From Candidatus Latescibacterota bacterium (GTDB taxonomy: Bacteria; Latescibacterota; UBA2968; UBA8231), in NCBI GenBank assembly GCA_965223905.1, contig CBDCXV010000010.1:736001-800000 (forward strand): DNA of 64,000 nt. The letters run 5' to 3'. The notes beneath the pieces were generated by a model, which worked only from the letters and a program-made list of their open reading frames with translations, did not search any database and was not told the DNA's origin. Numbering within the stretch: position 1 is the first letter of the stretch; every line of letters starts with the position of its first letter. Shown here one piece after another: positions 18,686 to 28,103 of the stretch. The translations under genes and the position numbers were made by a program.

Positions 18686-20059
18686 TCAGCCGATCGGGAC
18701 CGGCTTCTTTTTGATGCGGGCGGCGAAGGCGCCATCGCCGACCTCGCGGCCGGGAACGGTCTGGACATACGCCGCGGCCCAGGGGGCGCGAAAAAACCGA
18801 TGCGCCGGTTCGAGTGCCGCATTCGGGGTCTGTTCCAGGAAGGCGGCGACCACCTGTTCGTTTTCTTCCGGCTCGAGCGAGCAGGTGCTGTAGACGAGAA
18901 CGCCGCCAGGCTTCAGAACTTCGTACCCCGCTCTGAGTATGTCGAGCTGTCGGGCCGAGTATCCCTTCAGGTCGCCCAGGCGGCGGCGCCAGCGGGCCTC
19001 CGGCAGGCGCGCCAGGACCCCGGTGCTGCTGCAGGACACATCGAGAAGCACGCGGTCGAAACCGCCCGGCCCCAAGGTGCCCGGAACAAAGGATGGCTCC
19101 GCCGCGTCCTGGGCGACGATGGCCACCGACTCGAGCCTCATGCGCCGGCAGGTTTCAGCGACGAAACGAAGCCTCGATGGCGCCGAGTCCGCGGCGACCA
19201 GCAATCCCCGACCTCGCATCGCCAGGGCGATTTGCACGGCCTTTCCGCCGGGAGCGCTGCAGGCATCGAGCACCCTTTCCCCCGGCTTCGGGTCGAGGAG
19301 GGAAGCGGCGATACCGGCGTTCACGTCCTGTATCCAGAACAGCCCCGCGCGAAAGGCGGGGGAATCGAACAGACCCTCGGCTTCCCGGATCCGGAAGCAG
19401 CCTTCGAAACCCGGCACCGGGTCGGGATGGAAGGCGCCTTGCGGGAGCTGTGCCGCGAGGTCGCCGGGGCGTCGCGCGTCGATCCTCGCGAACAGCGGCG
19501 GCGGGCGGTTGTTGGCCTCGAGCAGGGCTTCGGTTTCGCAGTCGCCCCATCGCTGCAGCCAGCGCTCCACCAGCCAGGGGGGATGGGAATGAGCGAGGGC
19601 CAGGTACCCTACCGGATCCCCGGCCCGGTCGGGAAGCGGCAGCGACGCCGCCTCGGTCGAGGCCCTGCGCAGCACGGCGTTGACCATCCCCGCGAGGTTT
19701 CCCCTGCGGCGGCTTTTTGCGAGCGCGACGGCAGTGTGCACGGCCGCCCTGGCCGGTACGCGGTCGAGCCACAGCAACTGGAAGAGCCCCAGCCTGAGGA
19801 GGTTGCGAACATCCCTGGGGAGCTTCTCGACAGGCTGCCTGGTGAACTGGTTCGCGCTCCAGTCGAGCCGCGCCCGCCACTTGACGACCCCGTGGACCAA
19901 CTGTCTGGCGAAGCGGCGGTCGCGGCTGTCGAGGTCCGCGGCCGCGCCTTGGAAGATCTGTTCCAGCGCTCCTTTCCCGGCGTCGAAGGCGCACAGGATC
20001 TCGAGCGCCGCGGAGCGCGCCCCGTCAACGGACCGGGCGGCGTCGGACCGGTGCTTCAC
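18686..20059 (-). CDS. rsmB: 16S rRNA m5C967 methyltransferase
   Basis: NusB-like N-domain; LDACSAPGGK, DRVLLDV.CS.TG, VYSTCSL. Confidence 0.93.
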   Translation of the reverse strand: MKHRSDAARSVDGARSAALEILCAFDAGKGALEQIFQGAAADLDSRDRRFARQLVHGVVKWRARLDWSANQFTRQPVEKLPRDVRNLLRLGLFQLLWLDRVPARAAVHTAVALAKSRRRGNLAGMVNAVLRRASTEAASLPLPDRAGDPVGYLALAHSHPPWLVERWLQRWGDCETEALLEANNRPPPLFARIDARRPGDLAAQLPQGAFHPDPVPGFEGCFRIREAEGLFDSPAFRAGLFWIQDVNAGIAASLLDPKPGERVLDACSAPGGKAVQIALAMRGRGLLVAADSAPSRLRFVAETCRRMRLESVAIVAQDAAEPSFVPGTLGPGGFDRVLLDVSCSSTGVLARLPEARWRRRLGDLKGYSARQLDILRAGYEVLKPGGVLVYSTCSLEPEENEQVVAAFLEQTPNAALEPAHRFFRAPWAAAYVQTVPGREVGDGAFAARIKKKPVPIG

Positions 20060-20149
20060 GAAATGCGAACAGGATAATGGAGAAGTGGTTGACGGCGATG
20101 CGGGGAGTGGTTCGAAGGGAGCAACTCGAGATCCGATTCGAATCTACAC

Positions 20150-20177
20150 TTGACCCGACGCACCTCCAAGGTATATT
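20150..20177 (+). promoter_or_regulatory. Putative sigma70 promoter for recJ
   Basis: TTGACC-16 nt-TATATT, about 50 nt upstream of the ATG. Confidence 0.5.
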
Positions 20178-20227
20178 GCCGCCCTCCCCCTTCAAACGCC
20201 CTCTCCCTCGGATCACCGGTACCCAAA

Positions 20228-22021
20228 ATGCGCCAATACCCAATCTGGGACATCCAGCGCGAGCCTCCCTATTCCTCGGTCCGCGAAGCCCTTCTGGAGT
20301 GCCGCGGCCTCGAGGGGAGCGATCTCGCGGTGGGAGCGGAGGCCCTGCACCCCCCCGAGCTTCTGAAAGACATGACCCGTGCAGTCGAACGGATCTCCCG
20401 GGCCGTTCGCGACAAGGAGCTGATCCTCGTTTTCGGCGACTACGACGCCGACGGCATCACGAGCACCGCCCTCCTCCTCGATTTCCTCGAATCGGTCGGG
20501 GCCGAATGCGACTACATGCTTCCCAACCGGCACCGCGACGGATACGGGATCAGCCCGCGTGCCGTCGCTACCGCCCTGGAGCGCGAGGCCGGGCTGATCA
20601 TCACCGTCGACAACGGCATCTCCGCCTTCGAGGCCCTGCAACTGGCGCACTCACATGATCTCGACGTCATCGTCCTCGATCACCACCGCCAGAACGAGGA
20701 GCTGCCGCCGGCCCACAGCATCGTCAATCCAAATCGCCGCGACTGCGACTATCCGTTCAAGGGTCTCGCCGGGGTCGGGGTCACCTTCAAGGTCGTGCAG
20801 GCTCTCTGCCCCACTTTCATGACACCGGAGAAGCGCAGGCGATACCTCAACCAGCTGCTCGAGTTCGTCGCCCTCGGCTCGGTCGCCGACGTCGCCCCCG
20901 TCCTCGACGAGAACCGCGTCATGATCCGGCGGGGGCTGCGGGCCATGCAGGCGTCCTCCCGGCCCGGGATAAACCAGCTGAAGGCGGCTGCCCGCTGCGA
21001 CAACGGACCGGTCGACACAACCTCGGTCGGTTTCTACCTGGGACCCAGGCTCAACTCCTCCGGTCGTCTGGCCTCGCCCGATCTCTCCCTGCGGCTCCTG
21101 CGGGCCAGGGACGAAGACACGGCAAAAACCCTGGCAGCGGAGCTCGAAGAGCTCAACAGCCGCCGCCGCGAGCTGCAGCGCGAAGGCACTCGCGAGGCGC
21201 AGAGCCTGGTGTCCGAAGACGACCTCGAGATGGATCGCATCCTCGTCCTCCTCGGCGAGGACTGGAACCCCGGGATCATCGGGTTGATCGCCGGTGCGGT
21301 GGTCGAGAAATACAACCGCCCCGCGGTCATCGTCACCGACGCGCGCCGCGACGGGGTCTACGTCGGATCGGCGCGCAGCATCAAGGCCTACGACATCAAT
21401 GCCGGTATCAGCTCCTGCGCCAAACACCTCACCACGTACGGAGGTCACCCCGGGGCGGCCGGGTTCTCGCTGCAGGGGGAGAACTTCGAGGCCTTCCGGG
21501 CCGACCTCATCCGGCATGCCAACGAGGGGCTGACCGAGGCGGACATGGCGCCGAATCTCCCGGTCGATCTTCTCCTCGACCCGTCCGACATCGGCAGACC
21601 GACGCTGGAGACCCTGGCGGAGATGGAGCCGTTCGGAAGCGGCAACGAATCACCGGTGTTCGCCGCCCTTGATCTCGAAGTGGCCGCCCGCGGCCGCATG
21701 GGGCAGGGAGGGGAGCACCTTCGCGTCGTCCTCAACGTCAACGGCAGGCCGACCACGGCCCTGTGGTGGAGAAACGGGGTCGCCGCGGACGAACTGGCCC
21801 CGGGAGACCACGTGGCCGTGGCTTTCGAGCTGAAGCCCGACATGTACGAAGGGGCAGTCACCGGAATTCAGCTCGTGGTTCGCGACATGTACCACACCCG
21901 CCGGTCTGTTCCCGTTTCATCCGAGCCGGGCCCTGAATCCTCTGGCGACGGCAACCGGGAAATCGACGCAGGCGTCGTCAGCACCTCTGGAGAGCCGGTG
22001 AGGGGAGACTTCGCGTTCTGA
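20228..22021 (+). CDS. recJ: Single-stranded DNA exonuclease RecJ
   Basis: GDYDADGITS, ITVDNG, DHH, GSVADV, GSARS, GGH..AAGF, EPFG.GN. Confidence 0.96.
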   Translation: MRQYPIWDIQREPPYSSVREALLECRGLEGSDLAVGAEALHPPELLKDMTRAVERISRAVRDKELILVFGDYDADGITSTALLLDFLESVGAECDYMLPNRHRDGYGISPRAVATALEREAGLIITVDNGISAFEALQLAHSHDLDVIVLDHHRQNEELPPAHSIVNPNRRDCDYPFKGLAGVGVTFKVVQALCPTFMTPEKRRRYLNQLLEFVALGSVADVAPVLDENRVMIRRGLRAMQASSRPGINQLKAAARCDNGPVDTTSVGFYLGPRLNSSGRLASPDLSLRLLRARDEDTAKTLAAELEELNSRRRELQREGTREAQSLVSEDDLEMDRILVLLGEDWNPGIIGLIAGAVVEKYNRPAVIVTDARRDGVYVGSARSIKAYDINAGISSCAKHLTTYGGHPGAAGFSLQGENFEAFRADLIRHANEGLTEADMAPNLPVDLLLDPSDIGRPTLETLAEMEPFGSGNESPVFAALDLEVAARGRMGQGGEHLRVVLNVNGRPTTALWWRNGVAADELAPGDHVAVAFELKPDMYEGAVTGIQLVVRDMYHTRRSVPVSSEPGPESSGDGNREIDAGVVSTSGEPVRGDFAF

Positions 22022-22036
22022 AAACGGCCACCATCC

Positions 22037-23245
22037 ATGATAAGCTCGGACCTCACCCGGCAGCTGCTGATCCCTGAAAGCGACAGCAAGATCGTCCTGC
22101 TCGTGATCGACGGACTTGGTGGTCTTCCCGATCCGGACACCGGCAGGTCGGAGCTCGACAGCGCGATGCTCCCGAACCTCGACCGCATCGCCCGCAGCGG
22201 TTCGTGCGGCTCGCTGACGCCCTTGGGGGCGGGATTCACACCGGGAAGCGGTCCCGCCCACCTGGCGCTGTTCGGCTACGATCCGTGGCACTGGCAGATC
22301 GGGCGCGGGGCCCTGTCGGCACTGGGAACGGGGATGGACTTTCGCCCTGGAGACCTGGCGGCGCGGCTCAATTTCTGCAACGTGGATTCCGACGGCAGAG
22401 TGACCGACCGGCGCGCCGGCCGCATCTCGACGGACCAGTGCCGGCACCTGTGCGCGCTCCTGGCCGATATCGACCTCCCCGGCACTGAGATCTCACTGGT
22501 TCCCGAGATGGAGTACCGGGCCGCAATCCTGTTTCGCGGCGACGGTCTCTCCGCTCGCCTGACAGAGTCGGACCCCCAGCAGACCGGTGTCGCCCCAAGG
22601 GCGGTTACGGCCCTTGAGGAGGAGGCATCGAGGGCGGCTGCCGCGGTAACGAGCTTTCTCCACCAGGCCGAAAAGCGGCTGCGGGATCAATCGCCCGCCA
22701 ACATGGTCCTGATAAGGGGATTCGGCACTATTCCCGAGATGCCGCGGTTCGGCGAGGTGTACGGACTCCGGGGTCTGGCGATCGCCGCCTACCCGATGTA
22801 CCGGGGGGTGGCGCAGGCGGTCGGCATGTCCGCGGTCCCATGCGGCAGCGACCTCTCCTCGTCGTGCGAACTGCTGCGCCGGCATTGGGACCTTCACGAC
22901 TTCTTCTTCATTCACTTCAAGAGTACGGACAGCGCCGGAGAGGACGGCGATTTCGGTGAAAAGGTCCGCCTTCTCGAAGGGGTGGATTCCTCTGTACCGA
23001 GCATTCAGGAACTCGAACCGGAAGTCTTCGCCATCACCGGAGATCACTCAACCCCGTCGCTGGTGAAAGGCCACAGCTGGCATCCGGTTCCGGTCGCCAT
23101 CGCCAGTACCTGGGCCCAGCCTCACGCCGGGGCGGCCTTCTCCGAGAGGGGGTGCCGCAACGGCAGCATCGGGAGCATACCGAGTTCCAGCCTGATGGCC
23201 CTTCTCCTCGCCCACGCCGGGAGGCTGCGCAAGTACGGTGCCTAG
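22037..23245 (+). CDS. apgM: 2,3-BPG-independent phosphoglycerate mutase, archaeal type
   Basis: VIDGLG, PGSGPAHLALFGYD, GRG, DRRAGRI, TGDHSTP, HSWHPVP. Confidence 0.92.
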   Translation: MISSDLTRQLLIPESDSKIVLLVIDGLGGLPDPDTGRSELDSAMLPNLDRIARSGSCGSLTPLGAGFTPGSGPAHLALFGYDPWHWQIGRGALSALGTGMDFRPGDLAARLNFCNVDSDGRVTDRRAGRISTDQCRHLCALLADIDLPGTEISLVPEMEYRAAILFRGDGLSARLTESDPQQTGVAPRAVTALEEEASRAAAAVTSFLHQAEKRLRDQSPANMVLIRGFGTIPEMPRFGEVYGLRGLAIAAYPMYRGVAQAVGMSAVPCGSDLSSSCELLRRHWDLHDFFFIHFKSTDSAGEDGDFGEKVRLLEGVDSSVPSIQELEPEVFAITGDHSTPSLVKGHSWHPVPVAIASTWAQPHAGAAFSERGCRNGSIGSIPSSSLMALLLAHAGRLRKYGA

Positions 23246-23377
23246 AAGGCCCCCGGCCGGCATATTTTCGCACGCGTTCCCATCGTGCTGCCGGCCCCCG
23301 CCGGTTAGCCGGCCATCCTCGACCGCCCTATACTTTCCCTCGTTTCGGACACCGATTCCAGGAGCGTAGCGACGGAA

Positions 23378-24219
23378 ATGATCCACCCGGTGCGCATCGC
23401 CCACCGCGGTGCTTCCGGCTCGGCACCGGAAAACACCGCCGCGGCCTTCGAGCGCGCCATCCGGATCGGAGTCGACGCGATCGAGATCGACGTTCACGGG
23501 ACGAGCGACGGCCGCGTGGTAGTCATCCACGACGCGACACTCGACCGAACCACCGACCGCCGCGGCTGGGTTCGACAGCAGACGCTCGATCAGATCCGCA
23601 GCGCGGACGCCGGAACCTGGTTCGGCAGAGAGTTCAAGGGTGCGCAGATCCCCCTGCTCGAAGAGGCGATCGAGACGACCCGCCACCGCGCTCTCCTTCT
23701 CGTCGAAATCAAAGGGGAATTCCTCGCCGAGAAGGTGCTGCAGATCGTCGACGACATGGAGGCGGCGGACCAGGTCGTCATCCAGTCCTTCAACCCGGAG
23801 ACGATCCGCCGCGTCAAGCTCCTCGATGCCGGCATTCCCACCGCCCTCCTGATCGGAAAGCTCCCGGCCGCTCCCTCCAGGGTCAGGGCGCGACGGCTGG
23901 TTAAACAGGTGCTCGAGGTGGGCGCCAACGCTCTGGCGATCTGGCACGCCACCCTCACGCCCCCCTTCTTCGAGGAAATGCGCAAACGAGCGGTTTCCGT
24001 CTGGGCCTGGACGGTGGACGAGGAACTCGTGATGCGCGACATGGTGCAGATGGAGTGCAGGGGATAATCACCAACCACCCGGAAAGGCTGAACGGCATTC
24101 TCGAAAACCTGGAAGCAGCCGGTCTCATTCAGGCGCCGCTGGGGCGACGGCAGCGCATCAAGCCGACCCGTTGGGGGCGCCGGCGGCGGCTGAGAAAGCT
24201 GGGCAAATCCCGGGCCTGA
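23378..24219 (+). pseudogene. Glycerophosphodiester phosphodiesterase with a 1-nt deletion near 24053 (or sequencing error)
   Basis: AHRG, PENT, EIDV, HD.TLDRTT, EIK, WTVD; the expected GV.GIITNHP continues in another frame from 24055 to TGA 24219. Confidence 0.8.
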
Positions 24220-24497
24220 ACCATGAGCCCTGAACTATTGGGAAATTCAAGGGGGAGCGAACTTCGCTGTCTTCGCTGTTCCTCATGTTTCCTCTCGACT
24301 TCTCCTTTCCAGACCGCAGGGGGCTTTCAGTGGCGGGGGACATTGCTGAATCGCGCGCCAGGGGACTGCCGGCAGCCGGTTTCCCGAGGCAGGTGGTCCC
24401 GGCCTGCAAGCTCGAGTCGCAAAACCGCGCGAAACGATCGTCCCCCGACAGGACGCGCCACTCGGGCAACCGGGAACCGTGAAAGACCCGACCTGCC

Positions 24498-24710
24498 GTG
24501 ACGACAACCCTTTACCTGCTGTTCGCCTTTCTGCTCCTGGTGGTTATCGCCTTTCGCTTTTTCCGCCGACCCCGACAGCGATGCCCGCAGTGCTTCAGTC
24601 CCAGGGAGGGAGATCACCCGCTGTGCCGGGAGTGCGGCTGGATTTACGATGACGATTCATCCGAAGACGACGATTACGGCGAGCTCGAGGAGCCTGAAAA
24701 CCAGCTGTGA
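24498..24710 (+). CDS. Small single-TM protein with zinc ribbon and acidic tail
   Basis: Hydrophobic N-terminus, CPQC...CRECG, DDDSSEDDDY tail. Confidence 0.65.
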   Translation: MTTTLYLLFAFLLLVVIAFRFFRRPRQRCPQCFSPREGDHPLCRECGWIYDDDSSEDDDYGELEEPENQL

Positions 24711-24772
24711 CCGACCCCCTCGCGAAGAGGCTAACCCCTCGGGGAACCGGTACCGGCTGGCAGGTTTTCTGC

Positions 24773-24837
24773 TTGACAACCGCAATGTCAAATTTTAGTT
24801 TGTTTTTATTCTATTTACGCCACTTTTTACGCCACTT
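24773..24837 (+). promoter_or_regulatory. Sigma70 promoter with overlapping inverted repeat and downstream tandem repeat
   Basis: TTGACA-17 nt-TAGTTT; TTGACA-N7-TGTCAA palindrome; TTTACGCCACTT twice (24814-24837); AT-rich island. Confidence 0.65.
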
Positions 24838-24882
24838 TCAGGTCTGCCGAGCGGACCTGTCAAGCAGGGTTCGGAGGAGGAT

Positions 24883-25515
24883 ATGAAAACGCGAGTATTT
24901 TCGTTGCTTGCAGTGCTTCTGGCCGTCGGACTGACACTGGGGTGCGGCGGCGATCCTCCCAAGGCGGATCTCGACGCTGCCAGTCAGGCCCTGCAAGCCG
25001 CCAGGGATGCGGGGGCGGAGAAGTACGCCGGTAGTGAGCTGGCCTCGGCGCAGCGCACCTTCGACGACGCCAAGAGCGCCTACGACGTCGAAGCCGAGAA
25101 GTGGTTCAAGAACTGGGACGAGGTGGTCAAACCCGGACTCGCCGACGCCCTCAGCAAGGCGAACGCCGCGGCAACCTCCGCAACCGAGGCCAAGAACGCA
25201 GCCATGAGCGCCGCGGAAGCGGCTATCGCCGAGGCTGCTGCCGCAGTCGAGCAAACGAGGGGAAGCCTCGAAGCCGCTCCCGCCGGCAAGGGAACCGAAG
25301 CGGACATCGAACAGTTGAAAACCGACCTCGGGGGTGCCGACTCCGACCTCGCTGCAGCCCGCGCCGCGGTCGACAGTGAAGAGTTCGAAGAAGCTACTGC
25401 CAAGGCGAACAGCGCCATGAGTACAGCGGAAGCGGTCGCCAGCGGGGTTGAGCAGGCGGTCGCCAGATACCATGACCTCGTCGAAAAGAACACACCCTGG
25501 TATCTCAAGATGTAG
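24883..25515 (+). CDS. Ala-rich helical lipoprotein (DUF4398-like)
   Basis: GGAGGAGG RBS; lipobox LTLGC; A..AGAEKYA..EL..A pattern; coiled-coil composition. Confidence 0.85.
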   Translation: MKTRVFSLLAVLLAVGLTLGCGGDPPKADLDAASQALQAARDAGAEKYAGSELASAQRTFDDAKSAYDVEAEKWFKNWDEVVKPGLADALSKANAAATSATEAKNAAMSAAEAAIAEAAAAVEQTRGSLEAAPAGKGTEADIEQLKTDLGGADSDLAAARAAVDSEEFEEATAKANSAMSTAEAVASGVEQAVARYHDLVEKNTPWYLKM

Positions 25516-25546
25516 TATGTAGGAAAGTTTTGGCGATGCGCCCAAG

Positions 25547-25581
25547 GGCCGGGGAGGATTTCCTCCCCGGCCTTTCTTGTT
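25547..25581 (+). terminator. Rho-independent terminator
   Basis: GGCCGGGGAGG-attt-CCTCCCCGGCC perfect stem followed by TTTCTTGTT. Confidence 0.85.
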
Positions 25582-25592
25582 CAGGTTTCCCC

Positions 25593-26168
25593 ATGCGCCT
25601 ACTAGTGGCGGCCTCGATAGGTCTCTGCTCCCTTCCGTATCCGGCGGCATCTGAAAGCCTGGAGGATCTGAGAAGGCAGCAGGCCATTCTGCTGCACAAG
25701 CTCTCCGAGCGGGAGCCGAATGCACCCTACCTCGTCGTCGATACTCACGACAACCGCCTGCTGCTGCGCTCCCGGGGGTACGAGATCCTGCGCCAGGCCG
25801 TCTGCGCCACGGGTGCCGCTCGCCGGTTCGAAGGGACCAAGGCGAGACACAGGTGGAATTTCGCCACTCCCATGGGGCGCTTTTCCATCTTGCGGAAGGA
25901 GCGCGACCCGATCTGGATCAAGCCGGAGTGGGCCTTTCTCGAATCGGAGGCGGCGGTGCCGATCTTCGCCGAGGACCGGCGCCGCTTTCAACGGGGTGTG
26001 CTGGGAGAATACGCCCTCTATTTCGCCAAGGACTACATGATCCACGGCACGCTCTACGAAACCAACCTCGGCAGGAACATCACCCACGGCTGCGTGCGGG
26101 TCGGCGCACGGGACCTGGCCTACCTGTTCGAAAACGTCGACCTGGGGACCCCGGTCTTCATCTACTGA
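25593..26168 (+). CDS. L,D-transpeptidase (YkuD family), secreted
   Basis: Signal peptide; TPMG.F.I..K..DP.W..P.W, IHGT and THGCVR catalytic motif. Confidence 0.92.
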   Translation: MRLLVAASIGLCSLPYPAASESLEDLRRQQAILLHKLSEREPNAPYLVVDTHDNRLLLRSRGYEILRQAVCATGAARRFEGTKARHRWNFATPMGRFSILRKERDPIWIKPEWAFLESEAAVPIFAEDRRRFQRGVLGEYALYFAKDYMIHGTLYETNLGRNITHGCVRVGARDLAYLFENVDLGTPVFIY

Positions 26169-26206
26169 CCCTCGCACCTGGCCGACTCACACAGCGAAAA
26201 AGAACC

Positions 26207-27149
26207 GTGAAAGGGTTGTGGCTCGAGGAGCGAAAGCTCACCCTGCGCTGCGACCTGCCGAGACCGGAGCCCGCCGCGGACGAGAGCCAGGTCAGGGTCC
26301 TCGTCGCCGGCATCTGCAACACCGACATCGAGCTGACCGGGGGCTACTACCCTTTCCGCGGTATACCGGGCCACGAGTTCGTCGGCGTCGTCGAGTCGGG
26401 CCCTCTCACCGGCCAACAGGTGGTCGGGGAGATAAACGCCGCATGCGGCTCCTGCTGCCGCTGCCGGTCGGGAGTGCCCGCCCACTGCGGCAATCGCACC
26501 GTTCTCGGAATCGCCGGGCGCGACGGCGCCTTCGCCGAACACCTCGTTCTTCCCTCGCGAAACCTGCACGTCGTCCCGGAAAGCCTCGACTCCTCCGAGG
26601 CGGTGTTCACCGAGCCCCTCGCAGCTGCCCTGCAGATTCAGGAGCAAGTCCGGGTCGGAGAAGATGACCGGGTACTGGTAGTGGGGGACGGCAAGCTCGG
26701 GCAGCTCATCGCCCAGACACTGGCCCTGGCCGGTTGCCGGCTTTCGGTCGTAGGCCAAGCTCGAGCTGCTGCGCAGGCGCGGCATCGCCACGGTAGCCCC
26801 CCAGGAGGTGGAGGGGGGCAGCTTCGGCCTCTCCGTGGAGTGCACCGGCTCTCCCCGAGGTTTCGAGCTCGCCCGCTCCGCCCTCAGACCACGGGGGACC
26901 TTGGTGATGAAAAGCACCTATTCCGGCCGCCTGAACCTCGACGCGGCACCTGTGGTCGTGGACGAGCTGACGATCATCGGTTCGCGCTGCGGCCCCTTTG
27001 CCCCCGCGGTCGACCTGTTGACCTTGAAAGCCGTCGATGTCGCCCCGCTGGTCAGCGACCGCCTCGCCATCGACGACGGGTTGGAGGCCTTCGAGCGGGC
27101 GACCCGGCCCGGGATCCTGAAGATACTCCTCGATATCGGGGAAAGCTGA
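26207..27149 (+). pseudogene. Zn-dependent alcohol dehydrogenase-like gene with frameshift near 26755
   Basis: GICNTD, GHEFVG, structural Zn C..C..C...C, GDGKLG in one frame; AKLELL...VECTG...GSRCGPF in another. Confidence 0.8.
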
Positions 27150-27156
27150 AACCGCC

Positions 27157-28098
27157 ATGCGCTATCGTCCTTTGGGCCGCACCGGGTTGCGGGTTTCGCT
27201 TCTCAGCCTGGGCACCGGTGGCCCCAGCCTGTTCGGCCAAGCCTCCGGCGTCGGCGAGGCCGCGGCAGGCCGGATGCTGCGCCGGGCGCTGGAGCTCGGG
27301 GTCAACTTCATCGACTCCTCGTCGCAATACGGCGACAGCGAGTCCCTCCTCGGCAGGATGCTCGCCGGCGTAACCAGGGACCAGTACCTGATCGCGACGA
27401 AGTTTCCCTCGGCGATCGACGGGCGCGTGCCGTCGGGCGATGAAGTGGTTGCGTCGGTGGAGGGGAGTCTACTGCGGCTCGGCGTCGACGTTATCGATCT
27501 GGTGCAGTTCCACGGCGTGATCCCGGAGCTGTATGACGAGGTCATGGAAACCCAGCTGCCAACCGCCATCCGCCTGGTCGAGCAGGGCAAGTGCCGATTC
27601 CTCGGACTTTCCGAGAACTACAGCAGGGACCACCACCACGAAGTTGTCGGGCGGGCGCTCGACATCGAGGCCATCGATGCGATGATGATCGCCTACGGGA
27701 TTCTAAGCCCCTCGGCAGAGGAGCTCGTCTTCGACCGCTGCCTGAAGCGGCAGGTCGGGGTTGTCGACATGGTGGCGGTCCGCCGCGGCCTCAGCCGTCC
27801 CGAACACCTGCGCGTGCGCATCCGGGACGCGGTGAAACGCGGGGTTATCGACGCCGGTTCCGTCGACCTGTCCGATCCCCTCGGATGGCTTCTCGAAGGG
27901 CACGTTCTCTCCCTGCCTGCGGCGGGGTACAAGTTTGCCGCCTCGCATCCGGCGGTGTCGACCGTTCTGACCGGAACCGCGAACATGCGCCATCTAGAGG
28001 CCAACGCAGCCGCCGTCAACGGCCCCCCGCTCAGCGCTGAAGCAATGGCGAGGATTCGCCGGATTTTCGGCCGGGTTCGCGAAAATCTCGGGGACTGA
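27157..28098 (+). CDS. Aldo/keto reductase
   Basis: MRYRPLGRTGL.VS..SLG, G.NFID....YG.SE, ATKF, SL.RLG.D.IDL.QFH. Confidence 0.92.
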   Translation: MRYRPLGRTGLRVSLLSLGTGGPSLFGQASGVGEAAAGRMLRRALELGVNFIDSSSQYGDSESLLGRMLAGVTRDQYLIATKFPSAIDGRVPSGDEVVASVEGSLLRLGVDVIDLVQFHGVIPELYDEVMETQLPTAIRLVEQGKCRFLGLSENYSRDHHHEVVGRALDIEAIDAMMIAYGILSPSAEELVFDRCLKRQVGVVDMVAVRRGLSRPEHLRVRIRDAVKRGVIDAGSVDLSDPLGWLLEGHVLSLPAAGYKFAASHPAVSTVLTGTANMRHLEANAAAVNGPPLSAEAMARIRRIFGRVRENLGD

Positions 28099-28103
28099 CC
28101 CCC

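Noticed and set aside
24223-24501. 92-aa ORF with CxxCxxC overlapping the next start codon
   Set aside because: No RBS, atypical codon usage and no recognisable family; cannot be supported.
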